64,000 nt of DNA from Minisyncoccota bacterium. GTDB lineage: Bacteria > Patescibacteriota > Minisyncoccia > Phycocordibacterales > Phycocordibacteraceae. Made by a program: the position numbers and the translations under genes. Shown here in pieces: positions 1 to 9,479 of this stretch (positions are counted from its first letter, which is position 1; each line of letters opens with the position of its first letter). Location: the NCBI GenBank assembly GCA_028695415.1, contig JAQVIY010000001.1, forward strand, positions 46,784-110,783. Reading direction: 5' to 3'. The notes beneath the pieces are model-generated. The model worked only from the letters and a program-made list of their open reading frames with translations, was not told the DNA's origin and made no database searches.

Positions 1-1513
1 AGATTTTCTCCAAAGTAATCTTTTTTACTGCTCCTTGATATGCCTCAAGTTCGTCAATATTCAGAAAATATACTTTCAACTTCTTTATTCCTGGGCAGCC
101 ACCGACTTCCAGGAGATCTAACTCCGTTTCTATAATCTCCTTATAAAGATTGGAGGAGACCATAGGAACATCCAAGAAAACAATCACCGGGATCAATTTC
201 TTCCAGCGAAAAATCTTAAGCTCATCATGATCAGGAATGTCTTGTATGCGCTGATACATTTGCTTTATGCTCCCTACCATTTTGGCAACTTCCTTCTTAA
301 GAAGTTCTTTCTCTCCCGTTCGTTTAGCCAGTAATGGGAACTGATAGGCTTTTACCTCAAACAAATATACCTTCCATCGACCTGAACGCACCCAGAAATC
401 AATAAACTTAGCTTCGGCCTTTCCTTTCTTGTAATGAATCTCTCCGAAAACATTCTCTTCACCATAAATACCCTTCAGAATTAATCCGACGTAGCTTTCG
501 AAAACACTGCCAAAATAATCTCGAAAATCGCGATGAGTGCCTTTTGCAAAGAAATACTCATGGAACCACCAATATAGGCCTGCAAAGCCTTTCTTTAGAG
601 CGAATATAATATTAGGAACTACATACGGATCTTCGGAGGGAATATTCGTCTTTATAATTGGATAAATTTGAAGGGGGTTGAATCGAGTCTTGGTGTTCTC
701 AGGCAGTAGGCCTTCATTCATCCGTTTATCTTCTTCTTTGAAGAGGTTGTAATCGGCAGACAGCATATCGAGAAATTTCGATACCTTCTCATCAGTCAGG
801 ACTGATTTTAGAGAAGGAATCGCAGCCTGGGTTAAAGACTCTTTCCTAAAAGTTCCTGTCTTTTGTGCGCAAGCAAATACCGCCATAACCAAAAAGAAAT
901 ACTCAGAAATAGTTAAGCCGACTTCTCGTTCGAAGATTGTTGAGAGGTTCTCAAACTTAACAGGCTGAATTTCATTAATTATCTTGGTGAAAATAACAAT
1001 GTTCCTTGATATGGCTAGCGCTGGATTAAATTGAAGCTCAAGCTGCTCGCTATGCATTCGAACCATTAAGGATGGGAAATCTTTTCGATCAAAAGGCTTG
1101 GAGGGGTCTCTGATCAATTCAGGCATAACAAGGCTATTGCTGTATATATTGCAAAGGGTCAATATGTTTTGCCGATCAGTGATCTGCTTCTTGTATTTAT
1201 AGTCGTTGGCCCTTGAGACCAAGAGAATATTTGCAAGATACGCAAGTGCAAACTGCGTAATAAAAACTCCGTAGGTTGGATCTCTATAGCCTCCTTTCCC
1301 GATTTTGTCCGGACTTTTTGAGTTGAATATCGCACTAGAGACGCGGCCAAGAGCTACTAGACCATTACGGAGATCGTATTTTCCCAAAACCTCAAGAAGC
1401 TCTTCTTCAGAGACTCTCTTTTCATCACTACGAGCGAGATTGCTTATATCTGCATTAGCCCACAAGACCTTTGAAGATTGAGATGCCGTGTCGTGTATTT
1501 CGGGTGAGGGCAT
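1..1513 (-). CDS. Hypothetical protein, 5'-partial at the window edge (>=504 aa). AT-rich. C-terminal region carries a possible PD-(D/E)xK-like motif (IDFWV...LFEVKAY)
   Basis: Manual translation of the reverse strand from ATG at 1513 gives an uninterrupted frame to position 1. Absent from the ORF track because it runs off the edge. Confidence 0.5.
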   Translation of the reverse strand, partial: MPSPEIHDTASQSSKVLWANADISNLARSDEKRVSEEELLEVLGKYDLRNGLVALGRVSSAIFNSKSPDKIGKGGYRDPTYGVFITQFALAYLANILLVSRANDYKYKKQITDRQNILTLCNIYSNSLVMPELIRDPSKPFDRKDFPSLMVRMHSEQLELQFNPALAISRNIVIFTKIINEIQPVKFENLSTIFEREVGLTISEYFFLVMAVFACAQKTGTFRKESLTQAAIPSLKSVLTDEKVSKFLDMLSADYNLFKEEDKRMNEGLLPENTKTRFNPLQIYPIIKTNIPSEDPYVVPNIIFALKKGFAGLYWWFHEYFFAKGTHRDFRDYFGSVFESYVGLILKGIYGEENVFGEIHYKKGKAEAKFIDFWVRSGRWKVYLFEVKAYQFPLLAKRTGEKELLKKEVAKMVGSIKQMYQRIQDIPDHDELKIFRWKKLIPVIVFLDVPMVSSNLYKEIIETELDLLEVGGCPGIKKLKVYFLNIDELEAYQGAVKKITLEKI

Positions 1514-1563
1514 AGGTCCAAAAGTCTGGCAGCAGTTTTGTTATGATAATCGTAAATTAAGTT

Positions 1564-1872
1564 ATGAAAAGACCCTCCCCAAGGCAGATGCGATATGCGT
1601 ACGGTCTTATGAATTTCCATAGATCTAAGCGACAAGTTGCCCTGGATGCGGGGTTCGCGGAGAGCACCGCCAGAGTGCCGAAATTAATCGAAAACAAGGC
1701 TGGTTTTAAGCTCGCAATGGCTCAATTGGCCGGTGAGACAGAGAATGTGTCCATGAAGCTCATGTTTGAATTGCAGGCACGTGATCTGGGGGAGATGAGC
1801 AATGACGATCTCCTACATTCTCTTGAGGTAATGTCCCGCGTTCACGAGAGATTTACCTCTAAATCCATCTAA
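1564..1872 (+). CDS. Phage terminase small subunit-like HTH protein (Terminase_2-like N-terminus)
   Basis: N-terminus PSPRQMRYAYGLM...ALDAGFAESTARV..LIENKA matches the TerS pattern LTPKQ..F...Y....A..AGYS..TA. Confidence 0.4.
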   Translation: MKRPSPRQMRYAYGLMNFHRSKRQVALDAGFAESTARVPKLIENKAGFKLAMAQLAGETENVSMKLMFELQARDLGEMSNDDLLHSLEVMSRVHERFTSKSI

Positions 1873-2104
1873 GCTCAAAACGTGGTACAGTTTTTAGGTG
1901 CTCCCAGTTGAATAAGAAGACCTAACCCGCCAGCTGTGGCTGTCGGTATGGTCGAAAGTCCTTGGAAGATAGAAAACCCATCATGTGGGCCTGTCTTCCA
2001 AGGCCATAGCGGGAAACCGTTATGGGAGGCGCAAGCCTCCACCCACGTGGTGGGTTTTTTGTATACCTACCACCCCATTAATTCTTCAAAATTATCTTAC
2101 ATAT

Positions 2105-2308
2105 ATGGAGGCACAAAAACCTGTGAGTCGATTGAGTTGGGGGCAATACTTATTTGTTGGCGTGGCTATGCTAATCGTTGGTTTTTCGATAACTAATACT
2201 TACGCCGATACTTCCGTCATGTGGAACGTAGGGGCAGGAGTACAGCTCGTAGGATGGGGTTTCTTTATAACAGGCGTAGTGCGCGGGGTAAAAGGAAGAA
2301 CAAAATGA
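2105..2308 (+). CDS. Small 2-TM membrane protein
   Basis: Internal ATG of ORF 1985..2308; two hydrophobic helices. Confidence 0.3.
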   Translation: MEAQKPVSRLSWGQYLFVGVAMLIVGFSITNTYADTSVMWNVGAGVQLVGWGFFITGVVRGVKGRTK

Positions 2309-2796
2309 ATATAAATAAACATTCGTTGTTGGGAGTAGTGATGATAATACCCATCGCACTTATCGTCGCTCTGCACCCAATTCCAGCAAAAGCTTCACTA
2401 CTTTTTCCTGGTTTTAGCTTTCCTTGCCCGGCTGAGATTGGTTGTACAAAAGAACAAACACAGGCACGTGTGCAACTACAGAAACAAGCGGCATACGACG
2501 CGGGATGCCAGAGTTACATAGATAGTCATGGTGGTCACGGCACCTCTGTGTCTGCAAGCGACGGCAGCGAGTGCAAGACGACATGCAGCACCGGATACCA
2601 TCTGAATGCAGTAAACGCGTGCGCTCCAAACACAACAGTTGCTCCGGCTACTTCAAATCAATCGGTATCGCAGAGCGGAAAATATGCCTCCGGGCTTACG
2701 ACACAGCAGATAAATGCCATCGTCGTGCTACTGCAAGCGTTTGGGGCGAGTCAGACGGTCATTGTTCAAGTCGAGGCCGCTTTGCGAGGAAAATAG
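2305..2796 (+). CDS. Secreted Cys-rich hypothetical protein (signal peptide)
   Basis: MNINKHSLLGVVMIIPIALIVALHPIPAKA signal-like N-terminus; AT-rich island. Confidence 0.35.
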   Translation: MNINKHSLLGVVMIIPIALIVALHPIPAKASLLFPGFSFPCPAEIGCTKEQTQARVQLQKQAAYDAGCQSYIDSHGGHGTSVSASDGSECKTTCSTGYHLNAVNACAPNTTVAPATSNQSVSQSGKYASGLTTQQINAIVVLLQAFGASQTVIVQVEAALRGK

Positions 2797-2800
2797 GAAC

Positions 2801-3046
2801 ATGCTCTATTTTCTGCTAATTGTGATCGCTGTTGGTGTGCTTCTCATTTCTCCTGCTGGAAAAAAGATTCTGAAGTGGGCGGCAATAATCGCAGTTATAG
2901 CAGCGGCCCTAAGTGCTGCCGTATTAGGGATCATGTTGATTTCTGAAAAATACGGAGGAACTTGGGGCATACTCGCAGGACTTGCTTTGCTGGGGCTAGT
3001 GCTCAGGATGTTTGGGTTCGGACAGGATGATAAATCCACTGGTTAG
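2801..3046 (+). CDS. Small membrane protein (2-3 TM)
   Basis: MLYFLLIVIAVGVLLI... hydrophobic; internal ATG of ORF 2714..3046. Confidence 0.3.
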   Translation: MLYFLLIVIAVGVLLISPAGKKILKWAAIIAVIAAALSAAVLGIMLISEKYGGTWGILAGLALLGLVLRMFGFGQDDKSTG

Positions 3047-3359
3047 ATTTGCATACCAGAAACGGACACGGTAAACTGACTGGAGTTCATTGAATGTCTC
3101 CCTATCAAATATAGCGGTAATCCGCCACCCAATCTGACAGCCGTGCGACTCTTCGCATAACGAATATAACAGCCACGCGACTTTTCTCTTCGCGAAACTA
3201 TCAAACAAGCAGACAGTCTATGAACGCCTTATTCACAAGGTGTTTTCTTGTATTTATTGCGAGAAGCGCTGTTAGTAATGCTTGTTTCTTGCAGTAGCTC
3301 TGGGTGAAGCAAAATCCGCCACCTGGAGCTACTAGAGGGCACGCGGATAAAAAAATCAC

Positions 3360-5363
3360 ATGGCAAATCATGAGAATTCTCTCGTGGCCAAATTTGGGCA
3401 CGAAAAGCGATGGGTTAATTGGAAGTACGAAGAGCGAGACGGGAAAATTACCAAGGTGCCGTATGCGGTTAACGGCAAAAGGGCTTCTAGCGTTGACTCT
3501 TCCACGTGGAGCACTTATGCCGAAGTTTCCAGGATAAGTAGCAACGTAGGGATTATCTTCACCGAGGATCAACGCCTCCTTGGGATCGATATAGACCACG
3601 TTGTTGAAGATGGTGTGGTGAGCGACGATATTCAGCGCTTTATAGACGCTGCGGAAACATATACGGAAATCTCGCCCAGCGGCACAGGCCTGCACCTGTT
3701 CTTGGCGGTAACAGAGCCTCTCTCACTGACAAAGCACAAGAAAGCGCCCTACGAGCTGTATACCTCAAAACGGTTCTTCACGGTCACTAGGAACGAGTTC
3801 ACGGACTCGCCTGTGCGGACTGTTACGCCTGAAGAGGCTCTGAGGCTTCTCGCAATCATTGGTTATCCGTGGAACAAAGATGAGCCGGAAGCGCCAGCGG
3901 CGGTGCTTGGCGGCGGTGTCAGGCCACCTGCGTTGCCGCCCATGGCCGACGAGGAGCTTCTTGAGAAGATGTTTGCCTCGAAGAATGGGCACACGATAAG
4001 AGCTCTCTACCGAGGCGATATATCGAGCTACGAAAACGACGATTCTCGTGCTGACATGGCACTCTGCGCCCATCTCGCCTATTGGACGCACAATGACGGG
4101 GCTCAGATGGAACGTATATGGCTTGCCTCAGGGCTTGGACAAAGAGAAAAGACTCAGGGCCGGAAGGATTACCGTGAGCGAACGATTGCAGCCGCGATAG
4201 AGGGTAATGCCCAAGCGCGGTCTGAGAAGAACGTGCCTCAAAAGAGCCATGGGGCACAATCGGTTGGCGCGCAAGCGATAACCATCCGTATGTCGGATGT
4301 GCAGCCTAAGCCTATTGAATGGCTGTGGTTCGGACGTATAGCTCTCGGCAAGCTCACGATCATTGCCGGAGATCCGGGGCTCGGTAAGAGCCTTACTACT
4401 ATCGACATGGCGGCAAGGGTGTCGAAGGGCTGTGCATGGCCACTCGAAGGCTCTCTAGCGCCCCTGGGTAACGTGGTATTCCTCTCTGCTGAAGACGATC
4501 CGGGAGACACAATCAGGCCTCGTCTTGACGCTGCGGGTGCGGATTGTTCGCGCGTGCATGTAATTCAGGCGATCAGGGACGCGAATGAGGAAGGCAGACC
4601 GATGGAGCGAATGTTCTCGTTCAGAAAAGATATTACCGTCCTCGAAGATCTGTTGCGTACGCTCTCGGACTGCCGTCTTCTCGTGATTGACCCTGTGTCG
4701 GCATATTTGGATGGAACGAAAAGTCACGAGAACGCAGAGGTGCGACAAGTCCTGGCTCCGCTTGCTAAGCTGGCGGCGGATTTCGGTGTCGCGGTTGTCG
4801 TGGTGCAGCACCTCAACAAAAACAGCGGAGATAACGCCATGTACCGCTCAATGGGCTCTATCGGCTTTGTTGCTGCTGCCAGAGCCGCCTATATCGTTAC
4901 CAAGGACAAGGATAACCAGGAGCGTAGGCTGGTGATGCCGATCAAAAATAATCTCGCGAAAGATACGCTCGGTCTGGCCTACTCGGTCGTCGAGGCCTCA
5001 AACAGAGCTCCTATGCTCGTGTGGGAGTCTGAGGCAGTAACAATTACGGCCGACGAAGCATTGGGCCGCTCAGACTCCGATGAAGAAAAGACAAAAATTG
5101 AATGGGCGATACAGGTGCTGGAGGTTGTGCTCGCGGACGGCCCGGTTGCGGCGACAGAAGTTAATCGTGAAGCAAGACAGGCTGGCATATCCCAAAGCAC
5201 GCTGCACCGCGCGAAGGACAAGCTAGGCGTAAAACCGAAGAAAGCCAGTTTCAAGGATGGGTGGGTATGGTCGTTGCCCAACCGCGAAGGTGTTCAGATA
5301 AGCGAAGATGCCACACCTAAAGAGGTGGGTATCTTGGGGATGGATGAACACCTTGGTGAATAG
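3360..5363 (+). CDS. Fused DNA primase/polymerase (Prim-Pol N-terminus, PriCT-like middle) plus RecA-like/AAA_25 RepA-type helicase, C-terminal wHTH. Typical of phage/plasmid/satellite replicons
   Basis: DxD motif GIDIDH; P-loop GDPGLGKS; VVFLSAEDD; LVIDPVSAYL; VVVVQHLNK. Confidence 0.8.
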   Translation: MANHENSLVAKFGHEKRWVNWKYEERDGKITKVPYAVNGKRASSVDSSTWSTYAEVSRISSNVGIIFTEDQRLLGIDIDHVVEDGVVSDDIQRFIDAAETYTEISPSGTGLHLFLAVTEPLSLTKHKKAPYELYTSKRFFTVTRNEFTDSPVRTVTPEEALRLLAIIGYPWNKDEPEAPAAVLGGGVRPPALPPMADEELLEKMFASKNGHTIRALYRGDISSYENDDSRADMALCAHLAYWTHNDGAQMERIWLASGLGQREKTQGRKDYRERTIAAAIEGNAQARSEKNVPQKSHGAQSVGAQAITIRMSDVQPKPIEWLWFGRIALGKLTIIAGDPGLGKSLTTIDMAARVSKGCAWPLEGSLAPLGNVVFLSAEDDPGDTIRPRLDAAGADCSRVHVIQAIRDANEEGRPMERMFSFRKDITVLEDLLRTLSDCRLLVIDPVSAYLDGTKSHENAEVRQVLAPLAKLAADFGVAVVVVQHLNKNSGDNAMYRSMGSIGFVAAARAAYIVTKDKDNQERRLVMPIKNNLAKDTLGLAYSVVEASNRAPMLVWESEAVTITADEALGRSDSDEEKTKIEWAIQVLEVVLADGPVAATEVNREARQAGISQSTLHRAKDKLGVKPKKASFKDGWVWSLPNREGVQISEDATPKEVGILGMDEHLGE

Positions 5364-5374
5364 GAGGAATTCAC

Positions 5375-5560
5375 TTGGGCATGATCGATCTGGTCGAATT
5401 CAAGCAGTTACTGAGCCCCGAGGTGCGTGCTTTGCCTGAAAAGGAGATTGAGCGTATCCGTGAGCTTCAGTACGGCTTTGCTAACGCCATATTTGAGATG
5501 TGGCTTAGGGATCGTCACACCTCGTCCATCGAAGAAAATGAGAACAACACTAAAAGCTGA
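5375..5560 (+). CDS. Small hypothetical protein
   Basis: 61-aa ORF between primase and recombinase. Confidence 0.25.
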   Translation: MGMIDLVEFKQLLSPEVRALPEKEIERIRELQYGFANAIFEMWLRDRHTSSIEENENNTKS

Positions 5561-5703
5561 TATACTACGTAGGTACACAACTTCATACCGAGAGCTTTTT
5601 TATTGCCTGATTAAAATAATCGGGCACGGAAAGGGGCTAAGGTTGTTCAGCGTCTCTCGGGATGTTGTGTACACCAACCTTAGTCCCTTTTTGTATTCCA
5701 CTT

Positions 5704-7566
5704 ATGAAGTCTGCTGAAAAAATAAATGTCATCGGGCACTGCCGAGTGAGCTCTTCAAAACAAGCGCAAGAAGGCGAAAGCCTTAGCGTGCAAGAAGGAA
5801 TCGTTCGTGCGCACGCCGAGCGGAATAATTGGAACATGGTGAAGGTGTGGCACGAGAGCTACTCGGGCCGAAAAGAAACTCGGCCAGTATTTAACGAAAT
5901 TCTTACTTACCTCGATTCTCATCCGAGGCAGATTGAATACTATGTCTTTCGTACCATTGATCGCTTCACGCGCGGTGGTACGGGGATGTATGACCAAATG
6001 AGGAAGGAGCTCTTGAAGCGTGGTGTGGCAATGGTTGATACGAGCGGAATGATTCAGAAATCAAAAAATACTCTTGAGGATTTAGATTTTGAATATTCAT
6101 GGAGCCGTCATTCTCCGAGCGAGATCACGGAAGTTGTGGTAGCGACCACTTCAAAACAAGAAGTAACCAATATTGAGACTCGTATGATTGGGCAAGAGAT
6201 CCGATTAACGCAACAGGGGTACAAGGTTCGACACGCGCAAGACGGCTTCTTGAATACCAAGATTTACGATACCGACGGCAAGAAGCGCACGGTGATGATT
6301 GAGGACCCTATCCGCGCCAAGTATCTTCAGGCAATGTTCGAACTTCGTGCAGAAGGTCAGTTGAGTGATTCAGAGATCGTGAGTCGGGTAAATGCAATGG
6401 GATACCGCAGTCGAGCGCACAAGAAATGGGACAAGAGCCACACGAGAATCCTTGGCGCGGGCGGTGGAAAACTGCTTACGGTGAAGCATTTGCAGGAAAT
6501 CATCCAGCGCCCCATTTACGCAGGTTTAATTTGCGAGAAATGGACGAAGCATAAGCCGGTGAAGGCAAAGTTTGACGGCCTAGTGTCCGTGAACATTTTC
6601 AACAAGGCAAATAGAGGAAAGGTCTTCATAGAAGAAAAAGATGATGGGTCTTATGGAATTCTGTACGACCACTATCCCGATCGTGTCGTCGTGAAGAGAA
6701 TGCGAGACAACCCGCTATTCCCGTATAAGTCGGTGGTGATGTGCCCAGAATGCGGGAAGCCGTTCATGGGAAGTCGCTCACGAAGCAAGAGCGGCAATCC
6801 CGTGCCGTATTACCATTGTTCGCGCAAACACAAGTGGATTGGGTTCAATAAGTCTGCGTTTGAGAAGACAATCGAAGATTATGCGAACCGGCTTTATTTC
6901 TTGCCGGACGAGACAACGAGCATGAAGGCCTCGCTGAAGCACCTGTATAACGAGCGTAAGTCAGAAATCGCTCGTGAGACGGTATCTATGGAGGAAAATG
7001 TCGCTGAGCTAAAGATCCAAAAGAAAGAGGCTTTAGAGGCGTTTAAGGCAGCCACAAGTGAGGTAGTGCGCCGCGAGCTCGAAAGAGATATTGAGCAGCT
7101 TGAGACTCGCATCAACGGATCCGGCGCGGAGCACGCAAGTCTCAAGATTACGGAGTCAGATATCGATGCTTTCATGGAGTACGCAAAAGGCATAATGGAA
7201 CACCCAGCAAAAGCGCTATTGAATACAGTAAATGCGCGCCATCAGGAGTCTCTTTACTCTGTGGTATTCGACGAACTGCCATCTATTACGGAGATGGCTA
7301 ATGGAACACCTAAATTGTCTTGGATTTTCAGGCTTTCTGAGGAATCTCAGACACCTAAATCTGTGTTGGCGGGCCCACTAGGAATCGAACCTAGGCTGTC
7401 GGTTTTGGAGACCGATGTACTACCATTATACGATGGACCCTTCGCACTCACGTACGATACCAGACGCTGGGATGGTTTACCACGAGCGATTTATCCCAAA
7501 CGCAGTCGAGGGGAGTCGAGTGGGGAAAGCCGTCCCAGGCAGGGCGATGCGCGGTATGATAGAGAT
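5704..7566 (+). CDS. Large serine recombinase (resolvase N-domain, recombinase domain, zinc ribbon, coiled coil). No in-frame stop: the frame reads antisense through tRNA-Trp and into the next gene
   Basis: Catalytic motif INVIGHCRVSSSKQ; zinc ribbon CPECGKPF...YYHCSRKHKW. ORF track shows a continuous frame 5662..8466. Confidence 0.8.
7367..7440 (-). tRNA. tRNA-Trp (anticodon CCA), CCA encoded
   Basis: Minus strand GGGTCCA TC GTAT AATGGTA GTAC A TCGGT CTCCAAA ACCGA CAGC CTAGG TTCGATT CCTAG TGGGCCC G CCA. Cloverleaf folds, G73. Confidence 0.85.
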
Positions 7567-8466
7567 ATGCGTTCTCGCACTTCACTCTTCGCGCTTCTGC
7601 TTGTGGCGGGTTTGTTTATAGTACCCGCTATTGCCTCTGCACAAAGCGTACCGTTTTTCGGCCCCATCATCCCCCAGGAAGCTAATCAGGGGCTGTGCCC
7701 GGCGAGTTGGGGTATGGTCATCATCGTCATCAATCGGATTATCGCGTTCATGATCACGCTCGCTATTGTCTTCGTCGCGCCTTTAATGATTGCCTATTCC
7801 GGATTCCTCTTCGTCGTGAATCCTGTAAACGCGAGCGGGAAAGAGAAGGCGAAAGAAATTTTACGGAACACCGTTATCGGCATCGTCATTGCACTCTCGG
7901 GCTGGATGATCGTCGATGCGCTTATGGCGGTGCTCTATAACCCAGGCAATGCTGGCGGGACATGGATGACTATTATCAGGGGAAATACTGCCGATGTGTG
8001 CCTCCCGCAGAAAGGAGCGTTACCTAGCGGTACATTGAATCAAACCGGCACGGTAACGAATGTAGGAGTAAGTCCCGGCGCTGCTACGGGAAGATATACG
8101 TTTGATCCGGGCATAGCCGTACAGACGAAAGACGAATCAGGCCCGCTCTCGAGCTTGCTCTCCTGTATGGCGGGGAAATTACCGGCAGGTGTTGGTAGGA
8201 TTTCCTCGATTTCTGATAGCCTTATAACAAGCGGTCAGAAGACTTTTGCGCAGTGTGCAACGGGTGGCTGTCAGCATCAGGCAAACTCGTGTCATTATGG
8301 AGGCAAGACCTGCATTGGCAGCTCGTATGCCGTTGATTTCGGTGATGATGAAAACATCACAATACTCACGGCCGCTGCAAAGGCTTGCGGTGCTCAAACC
8401 CTCAATGAAGGGACGCATCTGCACGCGAGCGTCGGTGCCGTGAGCGGTTGCGGTTGCGGTCTCTAA
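7567..8466 (+). CDS. Secreted/membrane protein: Sec signal peptide, two TM helices, Cys/His-rich C-terminal domain
   Basis: MRSRTSLFALLLVAGLFIVPAIASA signal peptide. In frame with the upstream recombinase ORF. Confidence 0.5.
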   Translation: MRSRTSLFALLLVAGLFIVPAIASAQSVPFFGPIIPQEANQGLCPASWGMVIIVINRIIAFMITLAIVFVAPLMIAYSGFLFVVNPVNASGKEKAKEILRNTVIGIVIALSGWMIVDALMAVLYNPGNAGGTWMTIIRGNTADVCLPQKGALPSGTLNQTGTVTNVGVSPGAATGRYTFDPGIAVQTKDESGPLSSLLSCMAGKLPAGVGRISSISDSLITSGQKTFAQCATGGCQHQANSCHYGGKTCIGSSYAVDFGDDENITILTAAAKACGAQTLNEGTHLHASVGAVSGCGCGL

Positions 8467-8467
8467 A

Positions 8468-9322
8468 TTAGGACATAGGGTGTCCTAATTTGCGCAGCCA
8501 AGCTTTCTGGCGGCGGGCGTATTGCCAGAGCTTCGCCGAAAGTTTGGGTAACAGTTCAGCCTTCAGTCGCGCCGCGTCCTCCGTAGCTTTAGCGGAGGAG
8601 GACAGATATTCACCGACAATCTTGTATTCGAGCCCGAGCTCGTCAAGACGTGCGTCGCTGGTTTCTTCTCGTACCCGGCGCACTTCGTCAATAAGCCCGC
8701 GCTCAAAGGCGTTTGCGAGACGCGTATCTATTTTCTTTCGTAATTCTTCTCTTGGCGGGTCAATTACTATCCATTCCACCTCATATTTCCCGAGGTTCGA
8801 CCTCGGGGGAACTGCTCCTTGTGCAATGATGATTTCGAGTGCCCGGATGAGCCTCCGTCTGTTCTTCGGGTCAAGTTCGGCGGCGCGGCGGGGATCACGT
8901 TCCTCAATCTGTGCATACAGTTCCTCGTTCGTACATTTCTCCAACTCTTCGCGCAGCGCGGGGTTCGCGTCAGTATTTGCGGGGAGTCCGTGCAGGAGCG
9001 CATCAAAGTAGAAATGAGTGCCGCCAACGAGTATCGGCAGCTTACCTCGTGCGGTTATCTCGTCGATAAGGTGCGTTGCGTCTTGTACAAAGTCTCCTGC
9101 AGAATAATTCTCATTCGCATCGCGAATGTCTATAAGGTGATGGGGCACGCCGCACATCTCCTCAGCCGTGATCTTCTCCGTGCCGATATCGAGCCCGCGA
9201 TACACCTGGCGAGAGTCGACGGAGATAATCTCGCCGTCGCGAGCAAGCGCCTCTTCGATCGCCCGGGAGGATTTACCCGAGGCGGTCGGGCCTATGATGC
9301 ATAGAATGTGGGTACCGGTCAT
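8468..9322 (-). CDS. miaA: tRNA dimethylallyltransferase
   Basis: GPTASGKS P-loop; VDSRQVYRGLDIGTEK. Confidence 0.9.
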   Translation of the reverse strand: MTGTHILCIIGPTASGKSSRAIEEALARDGEIISVDSRQVYRGLDIGTEKITAEEMCGVPHHLIDIRDANENYSAGDFVQDATHLIDEITARGKLPILVGGTHFYFDALLHGLPANTDANPALREELEKCTNEELYAQIEERDPRRAAELDPKNRRRLIRALEIIIAQGAVPPRSNLGKYEVEWIVIDPPREELRKKIDTRLANAFERGLIDEVRRVREETSDARLDELGLEYKIVGEYLSSSAKATEDAARLKAELLPKLSAKLWQYARRQKAWLRKLGHPMS

Positions 9323-9479
9323 GCTAAGGACTATACGTCCTATGCCCAGTAGGACAAAATGGCATCGTGCTCCCGCGATACATTTTTATTGCCCTCGGAA
9401 CCCTTTGTGTGTAAAATTGCTGCATGAGAATCATTATCCACTGGCACAGGAAAGCTATGCCATTTAGTCCTCACTGGGT

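Larger units (their letters stand above)
1..7366. mobile_element. Putative integrated genomic island / phage-satellite-like element. AT-rich cargo (1..3300), TerS-like gene, fused primase-helicase, large serine recombinase, bounded on the right by tRNA-Trp. Left boundary not in window
   Basis: GC drops to ~40% in 1..3300 versus ~58% for the flanks. Recombinase and primase-helicase hallmark genes. Recombinase gene converges on the 3' end of an antisense tRNA-Trp. Confidence 0.55.

Noticed and set aside
3201-3695. 164-aa minus-strand ORF across the primase start
   Set aside because: Antisense to the strongly supported primase-helicase gene and upstream AT-rich non-coding DNA.
5662-8466. Single 934-aa recombinase-pilin fusion protein
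   Set aside because: An antisense tRNA-Trp lies inside it, and a new Met with a full Sec signal peptide begins at 7567. More parsimoniously these are two genes sharing a frame. Kept as a finding because no stop separates them.
8200-8466. M23 (LytM) metallopeptidase domain in the C-terminus of the 7567..8466 protein
   Set aside because: An HLH motif is present, but the spacing between the putative HxxxD region and HxH (~35 aa) is too short and the first His is absent.
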